DNA from: an uncultured Candidatus Peribacteria bacterium
GTDB taxonomy: Bacteria > Patescibacteriota > Gracilibacteria > UBA1369 > LOWO2-01-FULL-3
Assembly (NCBI GenBank): GCA_964406295.1
Contig: CAYORB010000004.1
Span: 1-47,621 of the forward strand
DNA length: 47,621 nucleotides
Reading direction: 5' to 3'
Every line of letters starts with the position of its first letter. Position 1 is the stretch's first letter. Positions 33,648-43,199 of the stretch are shown piece after piece. Under the pieces are notes generated by a model that worked only from the letters and a program-made list of their open reading frames with translations, searched no databases and had not been told where the DNA came from. The translations under genes and the position numbers were made by a program.

Positions 33648-35478
33648 TAAAAAACTACTTAGCGCTATAATTACAGGAGTTGTTGCAGGGGGGATGCTTG
33701 CAGGAGCCACGACTTTTATTAAAATATCAATACACGGAAAATATTTACCAAACACAGTTCTTGCAGGTATAGATTTTTCTTATAAAACAGAGGGGGAAGC
33801 AAAAAACATATTGAAATCTAAAATAGAAGATTATTACCAAAATAGTATTGAATTTAAACTAAAAGATCAAAATATAAACCTTTTAATCAAGGATCTTGGT
33901 ATAGAAATCCTTTGGGAAGATTCTATTGATGTTTTAGAAAAAACAGATTCTAGTAAAATTAACCTATTAAACCTTTTTAATATAAACAAACAAAAAAGGG
34001 AAGAATTAGGGCTACTGGTTAATATAGACTCAAACAAGCTCGTTTCTACAATAGAGAAAGCGTTTAATTTAGAAGAACTAAAACCACAATCTGCAAGTTT
34101 TTACTTTGAAAAAAGTAAGCTCAGTATAAAGGATCAAAAAAACGGGGTAGTTTTAGTTAAAGAGGATTTAATAAAGGATGTTAAAAAAACGATAAAAAGT
34201 CTTAAATCAAATGTTATTAATATTAAAACTAAAGAAAAAAAAGCAAATCTTAGTAAGGTTGATTTAGAAGCTCAAAAAGAAGAGATTGTAGGAAAATTAG
34301 CTAAAAAAATCACACTAATAGATCCTATTTATGTTGACAATTGGCATATATCTTTAGAGGACAATTTAGACTGGGTTGAATTTGCGCAAGAACAGACAAT
34401 TGAACTGCCATATTTAAAAAAAATAAAACTTAACAAACCAATAGAATCTATAGAGGGAGATAGAAGTATTGTAATTAAAGTAAAAGATGATAAATGGAAT
34501 CTATATGTTGATGAGAAAATTTCAAAATGGCTAGACAGAAAGAAGGAAAATATTTCCATTAAGTATGATGAAGATGGAGAGATTCTCATAGAAGGAACTG
34601 GGGTGAATGGAAGAGAAATTAAAAGAAAACTTTTTAAAGAAGCATTTGAACTAGCCGTTAATAACAACATAGACGAAGTATTAATTCCTGTTGCAGATAT
34701 AGAGTCAGAATTATTTATTTCAGAGGATTTAAAAAGAATTGGTATAAAAGAACGCATATCTCAGGGCTACACTTCGTATTATGGATCACCAAGAAACCGT
34801 GTACATAATATAAAAACAGGAGCATTAAAATTTAATGGATTAATAATTCAACCGGATGAAAAATTTTCATTCAATACAAACCTTGGTGCTGTAAATGGTA
34901 GTACAGGTTATAAAAAAGAACTTGTTATAAAACCAGAAGGAACAATTCCAGAATTTGGTGGTGGAATATGTCAGGTTTCAACAACAATGTATAGAGCCGT
35001 TCTTTATGGAGGGTTGCCAATCAACAGCCGAAGACAACACTCCTATGCTGTTTCATATTATTCACAAGTTGGTGGACATGGATTGGATGCAACAATTTAC
35101 ATTGGGGGGCAAGATTTAATATTTACAAACAACACAGGGTATCCAATTTTAGTTCAAACATATATAATAAATGATTATGAACTTTATATTAATTTCTATG
35201 GAACATCAGATGGACGAACGGTTGAATTGGAAGGCCCAAACATTTATGGACACACAAACCCAGGGCCAACACAGTATATAACAACAAAAAAGCTCAATGC
35301 AGGAGAAAGTAAAAATGTAGGAAACGCACATGGAGGATTTACTGCAGATTGGCAATATACAATCACTGACGCTGAAGGAAATTCAAATACTGAAACGCTT
35401 CATACAGTTTACAAGTCTGTACCAAAAAAAGTTTGGGTTGGAGAAGACACTGTTTTAGAAGAAAGCGTTCAAGACTAA
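33634..35478 (+). CDS. VanW-family protein
   Basis: 614 aa. N-terminal TM helix; the C-terminal region with GGGICQVSTTMYRAVLYGGL is typical of VanW domains. Confidence 0.8.
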   Translation: MNHLNKKLLSAIITGVVAGGMLAGATTFIKISIHGKYLPNTVLAGIDFSYKTEGEAKNILKSKIEDYYQNSIEFKLKDQNINLLIKDLGIEILWEDSIDVLEKTDSSKINLLNLFNINKQKREELGLLVNIDSNKLVSTIEKAFNLEELKPQSASFYFEKSKLSIKDQKNGVVLVKEDLIKDVKKTIKSLKSNVINIKTKEKKANLSKVDLEAQKEEIVGKLAKKITLIDPIYVDNWHISLEDNLDWVEFAQEQTIELPYLKKIKLNKPIESIEGDRSIVIKVKDDKWNLYVDEKISKWLDRKKENISIKYDEDGEILIEGTGVNGREIKRKLFKEAFELAVNNNIDEVLIPVADIESELFISEDLKRIGIKERISQGYTSYYGSPRNRVHNIKTGALKFNGLIIQPDEKFSFNTNLGAVNGSTGYKKELVIKPEGTIPEFGGGICQVSTTMYRAVLYGGLPINSRRQHSYAVSYYSQVGGHGLDATIYIGGQDLIFTNNTGYPILVQTYIINDYELYINFYGTSDGRTVELEGPNIYGHTNPGPTQYITTKKLNAGESKNVGNAHGGFTADWQYTITDAEGNSNTETLHTVYKSVPKKVWVGEDTVLEESVQD

Positions 35479-36209
35479 TTCTTTTTTAAATTGTTAATAG
35501 TCCGAAGTAAATCTTTAGCTTCATGGTAGTTTGAGTCCGATTTAAGTAGATTTTTTAGTAAAACCTTAGCTTCTTCTACGTTATTAAGATCAAGTTGTAA
35601 ATTAGCAAGAAAGAATAGATTGTCTAAATTTTCGTTATCAATCACCAAGGCCTTATTTAGAGCTATAACAGCATGATTAACACGTCCAAGCGCACGATAA
35701 ACCTGGGCTAAACTAACAAAACGCTGAGGCCTGGAATCATCGATTTCAACAGCCTTCTTATAGGCATCTAAAGCTTCCTCAAAATTAGACTGTTGATATA
35801 AGGCAAGTCCAAGATGACTGTAATGTACGGGGTCATTCGTTGCTATAGAAAGTTGTTTAAATAAAGCGGAAGCTGCACTAAATAATTGTTTTTTTAAATA
35901 CAAAACAGCTAATTTATGTTGAGTTTCTTGGTGAAACTCATCTAAAGCTAAAGCTTGAACAAAAGATTTTACAGCTTCATCTTCTTTCCCACGATTTAAT
36001 AAAAGCTGTGCACGTTTACACAAAGCTTCAACCTCACCTTGGACATCACTGGAAATTTTTTTAGAAACTTTAATAGGATTATCTTTATTTTCTATTGCTT
36101 CTTCTTTTTTTGAAACTTTCAAACCTTGTTTTTTCAAAAACCAAGCTCTTCTAAAAAATATAATAAAAACCGTTAATAAACTAAAAAATATTAAAAGATA
36201 AGTCCACAT
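35475..36209 (-). CDS. TPR-repeat protein with an N-terminal TM anchor
   Basis: 244 aa. The TM helix MWTYLLIFFSLLTVFIIFF is followed by repeated TPR-like A..Y..AL..D helices. Confidence 0.75.
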   Translation of the reverse strand: MWTYLLIFFSLLTVFIIFFRRAWFLKKQGLKVSKKEEAIENKDNPIKVSKKISSDVQGEVEALCKRAQLLLNRGKEDEAVKSFVQALALDEFHQETQHKLAVLYLKKQLFSAASALFKQLSIATNDPVHYSHLGLALYQQSNFEEALDAYKKAVEIDDSRPQRFVSLAQVYRALGRVNHAVIALNKALVIDNENLDNLFFLANLQLDLNNVEEAKVLLKNLLKSDSNYHEAKDLLRTINNLKKN

Positions 36210-36214
36210 TTATA

Positions 36215-37060
36215 TTAGTTTTTAAGTTTTAAATCCTCAACATCAGAAGCATTTAAGGTGTAAACATCACCAGATTCAGTTGCAACCTTAATTTTCTGAT
36301 TAAGTATATCAACAGCAAAAACCTTTACTCTTTCCTTAGCCTTTAGTTCACAATTTTTTTTCACTGAAACTATAGATCCGGCTCTAGGCAAACCTTTTCT
36401 TAAAGACTTGTAAGCATCAACTTCATATTTCAAACAACAAAGCAGTTTTCCACAGGTACCAGAAAGCTTTGAACTTCCTTTGTTTTCAAGGCCCTGAATC
36501 CTTACCATTTCCATATTAATACTCTCTAATTTCCCCAACCAGGTACTACAACATAAAGATCTGCCACATTTTCCATAACCACTAATCATTCTAGCCTTAT
36601 CCCTAGGCCCAATTTGTTTAAGATGAATTTGTTTTTTAAGTGTTTTTGCAAGTAACTTAACCAGTTCTCTAAAATCTACCCTATCTTCAGATGTAAACAT
36701 AAAATGAACAGAACTACCATCAAAAGAATAACCGGTACGAAAAACAGACATATCTAGCTTAAGATCTTTAATAATAGAATTACATTTTACCATTGCAGAT
36801 TTAGCTTTATCTATATTTCCATCAACTCTTTGAATATCATTTGCTGTCGCTTTTCGTAAAATTTTAGAAGTAAAAACAACATCATCAGCCTCAACAGCCT
36901 CACGATCAACATATTTTACAACCCCATATTCTTCTCTATCGTCTTTATCTTTAAAAATCACCTCATCACCTTCAACAACAGATGTTTTATCAGAAAAAGG
37001 AATTTCAATAACATCACTAGAATACGCTGATTTTATACCAATAACTTTTGTGACCATCAT
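36215..37060 (-). CDS. PSP1 domain protein (YaaT/RicT-like)
   Basis: 281 aa with cysteine clusters CGRSLCCSTWL and CGKLLCCLKYE, in the conserved position downstream of holB. Confidence 0.8.
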   Translation of the reverse strand: MMVTKVIGIKSAYSSDVIEIPFSDKTSVVEGDEVIFKDKDDREEYGVVKYVDREAVEADDVVFTSKILRKATANDIQRVDGNIDKAKSAMVKCNSIIKDLKLDMSVFRTGYSFDGSSVHFMFTSEDRVDFRELVKLLAKTLKKQIHLKQIGPRDKARMISGYGKCGRSLCCSTWLGKLESINMEMVRIQGLENKGSSKLSGTCGKLLCCLKYEVDAYKSLRKGLPRAGSIVSVKKNCELKAKERVKVFAVDILNQKIKVATESGDVYTLNASDVEDLKLKN

Positions 37061-37770
37061 AAACTCAACATTAAATTTTCCAGAACCAAACGAGAATTAA
37101 CATTTTGCTTCAGAAGGATACCAGCCTCATCAATTTTTGAAAGAGCTTTTATGTTTTTTAAAGAATTATCTGTCCCATTAATTAAACGTTTTCTAAATAA
37201 AATTAATAAAATATCAAGAAATTTTATTATATGGCCGCTATCTTCCTTTAGCATTTCATCAACGTACTCGAAGCGGCCCACCAAATCAGGCCTTTGCAAC
37301 AGAATATCAACAGCCTCCATATCAAATTGGCTATATTCAGGCTTTTGAGTAGAAGAAAAACGCAGCACCCTGGTGCGCGATATTATTGTAGGAAGAACCA
37401 AACTTAAATTAGCCGTTGTTAGTATGAAAATTGTTTGAGAAGGAGGTTCTTCAAGTGTTTTTAGAAAAGAATTAGCAGCCGCAACGGTCATTCTTTCAAT
37501 ATTTTGAATCAAAAGAAATTTATAAGCTGCTTGTGGTGTAAGATTTACACCTTTAATTACAGTACGAATCATATCCACTTTTATTGCAGAACCATCATCA
37601 ATAATTTCAACAATATCTAAATCTTTGATAGCATCTGGCTGAATAAATTTTGCAAAATCGGCAGCTAGTTGAAACTTTCTTATCCCCTCTTGCCCAACAA
37701 ATAAATAAGCATGGGCTAAATTCCTTGAATTAAAATCAACCTTTAATTGTTTAAATTGCTCTTCGTGCAT
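37057..37770 (-). CDS. holB: DNA polymerase III delta' subunit (short form)
   Basis: 237 aa. The AHAYLFVGQEGIRK (degenerate P-loop), NSFLKTLEEPP and SRTRVLRF motifs belong to the clamp-loader delta'/AAA+ family. Confidence 0.8.
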   Translation of the reverse strand: MHEEQFKQLKVDFNSRNLAHAYLFVGQEGIRKFQLAADFAKFIQPDAIKDLDIVEIIDDGSAIKVDMIRTVIKGVNLTPQAAYKFLLIQNIERMTVAAANSFLKTLEEPPSQTIFILTTANLSLVLPTIISRTRVLRFSSTQKPEYSQFDMEAVDILLQRPDLVGRFEYVDEMLKEDSGHIIKFLDILLILFRKRLINGTDNSLKNIKALSKIDEAGILLKQNVNSRLVLENLMLSL

Positions 37771-37772
37771 GT

Positions 37773-39050
37773 TTATAGTTTAGCCTGCCAAACCCTGCTT
37801 TGCCTTACTAGAAGATCTTTAGCATCATCAGGATTTTCCATTAATTCTTTTACAAATTTTTCAAGCCTAACTCGAGTTTGAGACCCTTTCACTAACAAAA
37901 CATCACCTTTTTTTATTTCTTTTTTAAAAAACTCAGCAGCTTCAATTGGAGATTTAAATTTAAAAACAAGCGCAGCATTCATTCCTCTTTCGATAGCTTT
38001 GTCGGCAATAATACCTGCATCTTTCCCAACTGTTAAAAGAATATCTGCGACATCAGGTACTAATTTACCGATCATTTCATGCATTTCTTTTGAATGAACA
38101 CCAAGTTCATTCATATTTCCAAGAACAGCAATTTTTCTATTATTTACAGCAACTTCTTTTAAAACATTTAAAGCTTCTTTCAAAGCAATAGGAGAAGAAT
38201 TATAAGAACTATCTAAAATAACAGCTTCATTAATAGCTGAAATAACGCTCATTCTACCTGGAGGTAAAGCATATTTTTTTAAAGCAATAGATACTGTTTC
38301 AAAATCCATTCCCATTTTCAAAGCACAAATTAAAGCAGGAAGTAAAACATATACCTGATATTTTCCTAAAATCTGTGATTCCACTAAATGTTCTTTTTTA
38401 TTAGCATGAAACACAAAACTCAGACCATCTATAGAACTTTTTATTGTAGAAGCAAAGTAATCCGCACTATTATCGCATCCAAAACCAATCCTCATATCTT
38501 TATCAAATTCATCATGGGCCTTTTTAAGGAAACTATTATCAATATTAAAAAGAGCAAAAGCACCTTTTTTTAAAGATCTCACAGCTTTTAATTTTTCATT
38601 ACAAATATTTTCCATACTGGAAAATTGCCCATCATCAATGTGTACGGGACAAATATTGGTCATAACAACCATGTCCGGTTGTAGAATAGACATGAAAAAA
38701 TCCATATCACCAGGCTTATCAACCCCGAGTTCTAAAAGCAAAACCTCACTATGATCACGCATAAAACTGTGAAGAAAACCTTTCAATAAATACCATGACC
38801 ATTTAGTAGCTGAAGAAAAACCACTTTTAATATCTAAAATTGTAAGCAAAAAACCAAAATCACTGTTCAAATTCCCTTCATTCCTTTTAACCTTAAATTG
38901 AGAATTTAAAACAGTATAAATTGCATCTTTTGTACTGGTTTTACCAACAGACCCAACAACTGTGATAATTTTTCCACGGAATTTTTTCAGCCTTTTTTTA
39001 GCCATTATCTTTAATATCCATAGAACAAATTTTTTCAAAACACTCTTCAT
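37773..39050 (-). CDS. murF: UDP-N-acetylmuramoyl-tripeptide--D-alanyl-D-alanine ligase
   Basis: Start at MKSVLKK (ATG 39050). Mur ligase P-loop VVGSVGKTSTKD and the MurF-like DSSYNSSP motif. Confidence 0.8.
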   Translation of the reverse strand: MKSVLKKFVLWILKIMAKKRLKKFRGKIITVVGSVGKTSTKDAIYTVLNSQFKVKRNEGNLNSDFGFLLTILDIKSGFSSATKWSWYLLKGFLHSFMRDHSEVLLLELGVDKPGDMDFFMSILQPDMVVMTNICPVHIDDGQFSSMENICNEKLKAVRSLKKGAFALFNIDNSFLKKAHDEFDKDMRIGFGCDNSADYFASTIKSSIDGLSFVFHANKKEHLVESQILGKYQVYVLLPALICALKMGMDFETVSIALKKYALPPGRMSVISAINEAVILDSSYNSSPIALKEALNVLKEVAVNNRKIAVLGNMNELGVHSKEMHEMIGKLVPDVADILLTVGKDAGIIADKAIERGMNAALVFKFKSPIEAAEFFKKEIKKGDVLLVKGSQTRVRLEKFVKELMENPDDAKDLLVRQSRVWQAKL

Positions 39051-39151
39051 TTTTACCTTTAAATAGTGGCAGAAGACTATCATATAACAAGTAAATTTCC
39101 AATATTCACCAGAAGTGTATATAATCGAAACCACCTATAACTCTAATCCCT

Positions 39152-39739
39152 ATGAAAAAGCTTATTTCAATCATTTTCGCAGCAGTAATGATATTTACCG
39201 CATGCCATCACAAAATAACTAACGAAACTATGCAAACAGAACCAAAAAAAGGAAACACAGTAGCAATTCTCCATACAAACATGGGAGATTTAAGCATGCT
39301 TTTATATACAGATGTGGCTCCAAAAACATCAGAGAACTTTATTAAATTAGCTAAAGACAAAAAATACAACGGAGTTAGTTTTCACAGAGTTATAAAAGAC
39401 TTCATGATCCAAACAGGTGACTTCGAAAGCGGAAACGGAATGGGAGGCTATAGCCACAAAGGACCTGGTACGACTATATTAGACGAATTTGGAGAAGGTC
39501 TTGAACACGTCAAAGGGGCTGTTTCCATGGCAAACAGAGGCCCTCACACAGGAGGTAGCCAATTCTTCATAGTACAGGCAGAAGAAGGAACAATGTTCTT
39601 AGACGGGAAACATGCGATTTTTGGATATATATATGGAGGGCTAAACTTGGTAGATAAAATAGCAAACGTAGAAACTTCAGGTGCAGACATGCCAGTTGAG
39701 CCAATTATTATTGAAACTATTGAGATAAAAGAAGTATAA
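39152..39739 (+). CDS. Cyclophilin-type peptidyl-prolyl isomerase, secreted or lipoprotein
   Basis: 195 aa. Signal peptide ending IFTAC, and cyclophilin motifs FHRVIKDFMIQTGD and GGSQFFI. Confidence 0.9.
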   Translation: MKKLISIIFAAVMIFTACHHKITNETMQTEPKKGNTVAILHTNMGDLSMLLYTDVAPKTSENFIKLAKDKKYNGVSFHRVIKDFMIQTGDFESGNGMGGYSHKGPGTTILDEFGEGLEHVKGAVSMANRGPHTGGSQFFIVQAEEGTMFLDGKHAIFGYIYGGLNLVDKIANVETSGADMPVEPIIIETIEIKEV

Positions 39740-39764
39740 ACGGAGACTCTATAAAAGACGATAC

Positions 39765-39794
39765 AAAAAAAGAGCCCTATAACAGGGCTCTTTT
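39765..39794. terminator. Bidirectional rho-independent terminator (PPIase / rplT)
   Basis: A-tract, stem agagccct, loop ataac, stem agggctct, T-tract, lying between convergent genes. Confidence 0.75.
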
Positions 39795-39812
39795 CAATAG
39801 TTTTGTTAAACC

Positions 39813-40160
39813 TTAGGCCATTGCTTGATCTAGTACAGATTTGAAAACAACAGGCTCATTAGCTGCTAATTCAGCAAGCATTTTACGGTTCACTTCCATT
39901 CCTTTCAATGTCATAGCAGCAATAAAACGGCTGTATTTCACATCATGTGCCCTACAAGCAGCGTTAATACGTGCAATCCATAGTGAACGGAACGTTCTTT
40001 TCTTCAGACGGCGACTGGTATAAGCATTAGTTCCAGCTTTCATTACAGCGTTTTTCGCCGCTCGGAAGTTTCTACTTCTGAGACCTCTGAAACCTTTGGC
40101 TGCCTTTACCATATCGCGGTGCCTGCGGTGGGCTGTTACGCCTCTTTTTACTCTAGTCAT
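39813..40160 (-). CDS. rplT: 50S ribosomal protein L20
   Basis: 115 aa beginning MTRVKRGVTAHRRHR, followed by a canonical L20 sequence. Confidence 0.95.
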   Translation of the reverse strand: MTRVKRGVTAHRRHRDMVKAAKGFRGLRSRNFRAAKNAVMKAGTNAYTSRRLKKRTFRSLWIARINAACRAHDVKYSRFIAAMTLKGMEVNRKMLAELAANEPVVFKSVLDQAMA

Positions 40161-40191
40161 CTTGAGTTATTTTAAGATCTAATAAATTAAT

Positions 40192-40428
40192 TTATGCAGC
40201 GACAGATGCTGCTACAGGAGACTTTGGAGTTCTTACCTTTCCTGGCATCATTCTCCTAACTGCTCTTGTACGTGTTGAACATACTGGCATTCCATCGTCA
40301 AACTTAGCTTTTTGACCTTTTGATTTATTAGTCAAAAGATGTCTTTTACAAGCTTTTTGAACGAAAGCTTTACCCTTTCCATTAACCTTTACTCTTTTTT
40401 TAGACCCACTATGTGTTTTCTGCTTCAT
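40192..40428 (-). CDS. rpmI: 50S ribosomal protein L35 with a C-terminal extension
   Basis: 78 aa. MKQKTHSGSKKRVKV...HLLTNKS is the L35 core, with about 16 extra residues (KVRTPKSPVAASVAA) after the usual end. Confidence 0.9.
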   Translation of the reverse strand: MKQKTHSGSKKRVKVNGKGKAFVQKACKRHLLTNKSKGQKAKFDDGMPVCSTRTRAVRRMMPGKVRTPKSPVAASVAA

Positions 40429-40431
40429 GTT

Positions 40432-40944
40432 TTATGATTTATTTGGTGTTAGTATCATTAGTAGCGTGTTCCCTTGTTTCTTCGGAGCAGTTTCTACCTT
40501 ACAAATATCCTCTAGAGAATCTGCGAATTTTTTCATTTTTACAGTTGCAAGGTCTTTGTATATAACCTCTCTCCCTCTAAAAATCAATGAAACTTTTACC
40601 GAATTTCCTGCTTCCAGGAACTTTCTTGCTTGTTTTGCTTTTGTTTCAACATCATGATCACCAGTCTTAAAACCCATCCTAACACCTTTTACCTCTCTTT
40701 TTTTCTGCATTTTGCGGTGTTTGGTCTCAATCTTTTTCTGATGGTACTGATATTTCCCATAATCTAGGATTTTGCAGACTGGAGGATTAACATTTGGAGC
40801 GACTTCCGCCAGATCCAAATTCTTCTCTTTTGCGAGATCCATAGCTTTTTCAATAGCCATGATTCCCAGCTGTTCCCCTTCCGCACCGATCAAACGTACG
40901 GTCGGTGCAACAATCCTATTATTTACTCTTAGTTTTTTAGCTAT
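40432..40944 (-). CDS. infC: Translation initiation factor IF-3, probable non-canonical start
   Basis: The ORF-track TTG (40893) falls inside the conserved VRLIGAEGEQLG segment. The frame is open upstream and encodes (I/M)AKKLRVNNRIVAPTVRLIG with no ATG, GTG or TTG. ATA at 40944 would give a ~170-aa IF-3. The start coordinate is tentative. Confidence 0.75.
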   Translation of the reverse strand: MAKKLRVNNRIVAPTVRLIGAEGEQLGIMAIEKAMDLAKEKNLDLAEVAPNVNPPVCKILDYGKYQYHQKKIETKHRKMQKKREVKGVRMGFKTGDHDVETKAKQARKFLEAGNSVKVSLIFRGREVIYKDLATVKMKKFADSLEDICKVETAPKKQGNTLLMILTPNKS

Positions 40945-41028
40945 GTGTTCAAAAGTTAAAAAAGCCCATGGATCATAAGGAAAACAGCCCTTGAAGTCAA
41001 GCCTAGCTTGGCATACAGTGGGCCCATT

Positions 41029-41991
41029 ATGAAAAAAATAATAATACTAGGATCGACTGGAAATTTAGGAACGCAAACCCTAGATGTTCTAGAGAGACAT
41101 AAAGATAAATTTGAAACAATAGCTTTAACCGGTTATACAAGGGGAAAACTGCTTGCCGAACAAGCAGTGAAATTTAATGTGGCAAAGACATATTTACAGC
41201 CAAATATAGATTTTTCTGAAGCAGATATTGTTATAAACCTATTATCAGGAATAGTAGGAATTGAACCTACAAAAACCATACTTAAACTAGGAAAGACACT
41301 TCTTTTGGCAAATAAAGAACCTTTAGTGGCCGCCGGAAAAGAAATCATGCCCCTGGCAAAGCCAGGCCAAATAATCCCATTGGACTCAGAGCACAACGCC
41401 ATATTCGAAATCTTAAAAACCCACAAAGCTCCAATAAAACGATTAATAATCCCCTGCTCCGGCGGCCCATTCTTCGGCAAAACTTCAGCAGAATTAGCGT
41501 ACCTGACAGCCAAAGACGCACTTGCCCACCCAAAATGGGATATGGGAGCAAAAATAAGCATAGAATCTGCTTCTTTGATAAATAAAGGACTGGAAATCGT
41601 AGAGGCACATTATCTTTTTGACATTCCATTGGAAAAAATCGAAGCTCGCATTCACAGAAAGTGTTTAATTCACGGCATAGTGGAATTCACTGACGGCAAA
41701 ATCTTTGCATACAAATCAAAACCGGATATGCGAGAACACATAGAAAACGCACTTTTGCACATAGATAACGAAGAAAAATCGCACCCGGCCGTTGTAGAAA
41801 TAAGCGCAGAAGAACTGGAGGCTCTCCCGCGCCCGGACCACAAAACATTCCCAGGAATTCATCTCGTATTAGAAGCTCTCAAGCAAGATCGCATCAAGGG
41901 ATTTTTAGAAAAAGAAGAAACCATAATTGCCAATTTCTTAAAGGGAGATACAATGTTTTCTGAATTATTAAAAAGCCTTAAAAACACATAA
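41029..41991 (+). CDS. dxr: 1-deoxy-D-xylulose 5-phosphate reductoisomerase (compact form)
   Basis: Start at MKKIIILGSTGNLG (ATG 41029). LANKE, PLDSEHNAIFE, SGGPF, HPKWDMG and NKGLEIVEAH motifs. At ~320 aa it is shorter than the usual ~390 aa. Confidence 0.88.
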   Translation: MKKIIILGSTGNLGTQTLDVLERHKDKFETIALTGYTRGKLLAEQAVKFNVAKTYLQPNIDFSEADIVINLLSGIVGIEPTKTILKLGKTLLLANKEPLVAAGKEIMPLAKPGQIIPLDSEHNAIFEILKTHKAPIKRLIIPCSGGPFFGKTSAELAYLTAKDALAHPKWDMGAKISIESASLINKGLEIVEAHYLFDIPLEKIEARIHRKCLIHGIVEFTDGKIFAYKSKPDMREHIENALLHIDNEEKSHPAVVEISAEELEALPRPDHKTFPGIHLVLEALKQDRIKGFLEKEETIIANFLKGDTMFSELLKSLKNT

Positions 41992-41993
41992 TC

Positions 41994-43199
41994 ATGAACC
42001 ACGTAATTATTTTAGCAGCAGGGCAGGGCCAAAGAATGGCTTCTAGAAAAGATAAAATGCTTCTTCTGGCGGCAGGAAAACCTGTTGTTTATTATACAAT
42101 AATGGCTTTTAACGATCATGATAAGGTAGACAGTATTAGTATTATTGTTAACAAAAACAACGAAGACGAAATTAAAAAAATAGTTAAACAATATAATTTC
42201 CGTAAAGTAAAAAACTTTGTTATTGGAGGTCTGTTGAGACAAACTTCATTAGAAAAAGGAATTTCTCACCTTGAAGGAAAAGTAAAAGACTCAGATCTTG
42301 TGATTGTGCACAATGGGGCTAATCCTCTCCCGGATTATGAGGAAATAGGCCAGGCTATAGAGTTAGCAGAGGAACGTGGAGCTTGTATTGTAGGCCGAGC
42401 ACTGTGTTCAACTATAAAAGAGGCAAATAAAACAAAGATTCTCAAAACTCATGATAGAGAGAATCTTTTAGCGGCTGAAACCCCTCAGATAGTAAAATTT
42501 AGCCTGCTTCAAAAAGGGCTTGAGCACGCCAAGTCTCATGGTCTGGAAGTAACAGATGAAGCTATGCTTATGGAGGTGATAGACCAGCCCGTTGCTTATA
42601 TAAAATCTAGCGAAAACAATTTCAAAATCACGACTCAAGCTGATCTTTTACGTTTAAAAACGGTTCTTGGCGAAATGCCAGAAGATGTTCGCATGGGAAT
42701 TGGACAGGATAGTCACGAATTCGAACCTGGAGAAAAAGGACTTACAATAGCTGGTGTTTATTTTGAAAATGAAAAGAAATTAAAAGCAAATTCAGATGGT
42801 GACGTTATCATTCATGCAATGTTTAACGCTTTTTCACAAGCACTTGGAGATAAATCTCTAGGGTTTTACGCCGATCCTATGTGTGAAAGAGGGATTAAAG
42901 ACAGCAGTAAATATCTCGATGTCATTCTCAAAAAAATGCATAAAAAAGGATTTAAAATTAACAGCCTTGGTTTAATGCTGGAGTGCAAAACCCCAAAAAT
43001 TGACCCCATTGTTGCTAAACTAAAAAAATCTCTCAGTAAAATACTTAATTTAGACGTAAATCGCATAGGAATAACGGCTACTACAGGCGAAAACCTCACA
43101 GCTTTTGGCGCAGGACTCGGCATACAATGTTTTGCTATCATTACTATGATAAAAACAGAAAAAGTTGCCAGTGGCACCTCCAAAGAAGGCAATATCTAA
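41994..43199 (+). CDS. ispDF: Bifunctional IspD/IspF (MEP cytidylyltransferase / MEcPP synthase)
   Basis: 401 aa. N-terminal IILAAGQGQRM (IspD) and a C-terminal GIGQDSHEF...DGDVIIHA... segment (IspF). Confidence 0.9.
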   Translation: MNHVIILAAGQGQRMASRKDKMLLLAAGKPVVYYTIMAFNDHDKVDSISIIVNKNNEDEIKKIVKQYNFRKVKNFVIGGLLRQTSLEKGISHLEGKVKDSDLVIVHNGANPLPDYEEIGQAIELAEERGACIVGRALCSTIKEANKTKILKTHDRENLLAAETPQIVKFSLLQKGLEHAKSHGLEVTDEAMLMEVIDQPVAYIKSSENNFKITTQADLLRLKTVLGEMPEDVRMGIGQDSHEFEPGEKGLTIAGVYFENEKKLKANSDGDVIIHAMFNAFSQALGDKSLGFYADPMCERGIKDSSKYLDVILKKMHKKGFKINSLGLMLECKTPKIDPIVAKLKKSLSKILNLDVNRIGITATTGENLTAFGAGLGIQCFAIITMIKTEKVASGTSKEGNI

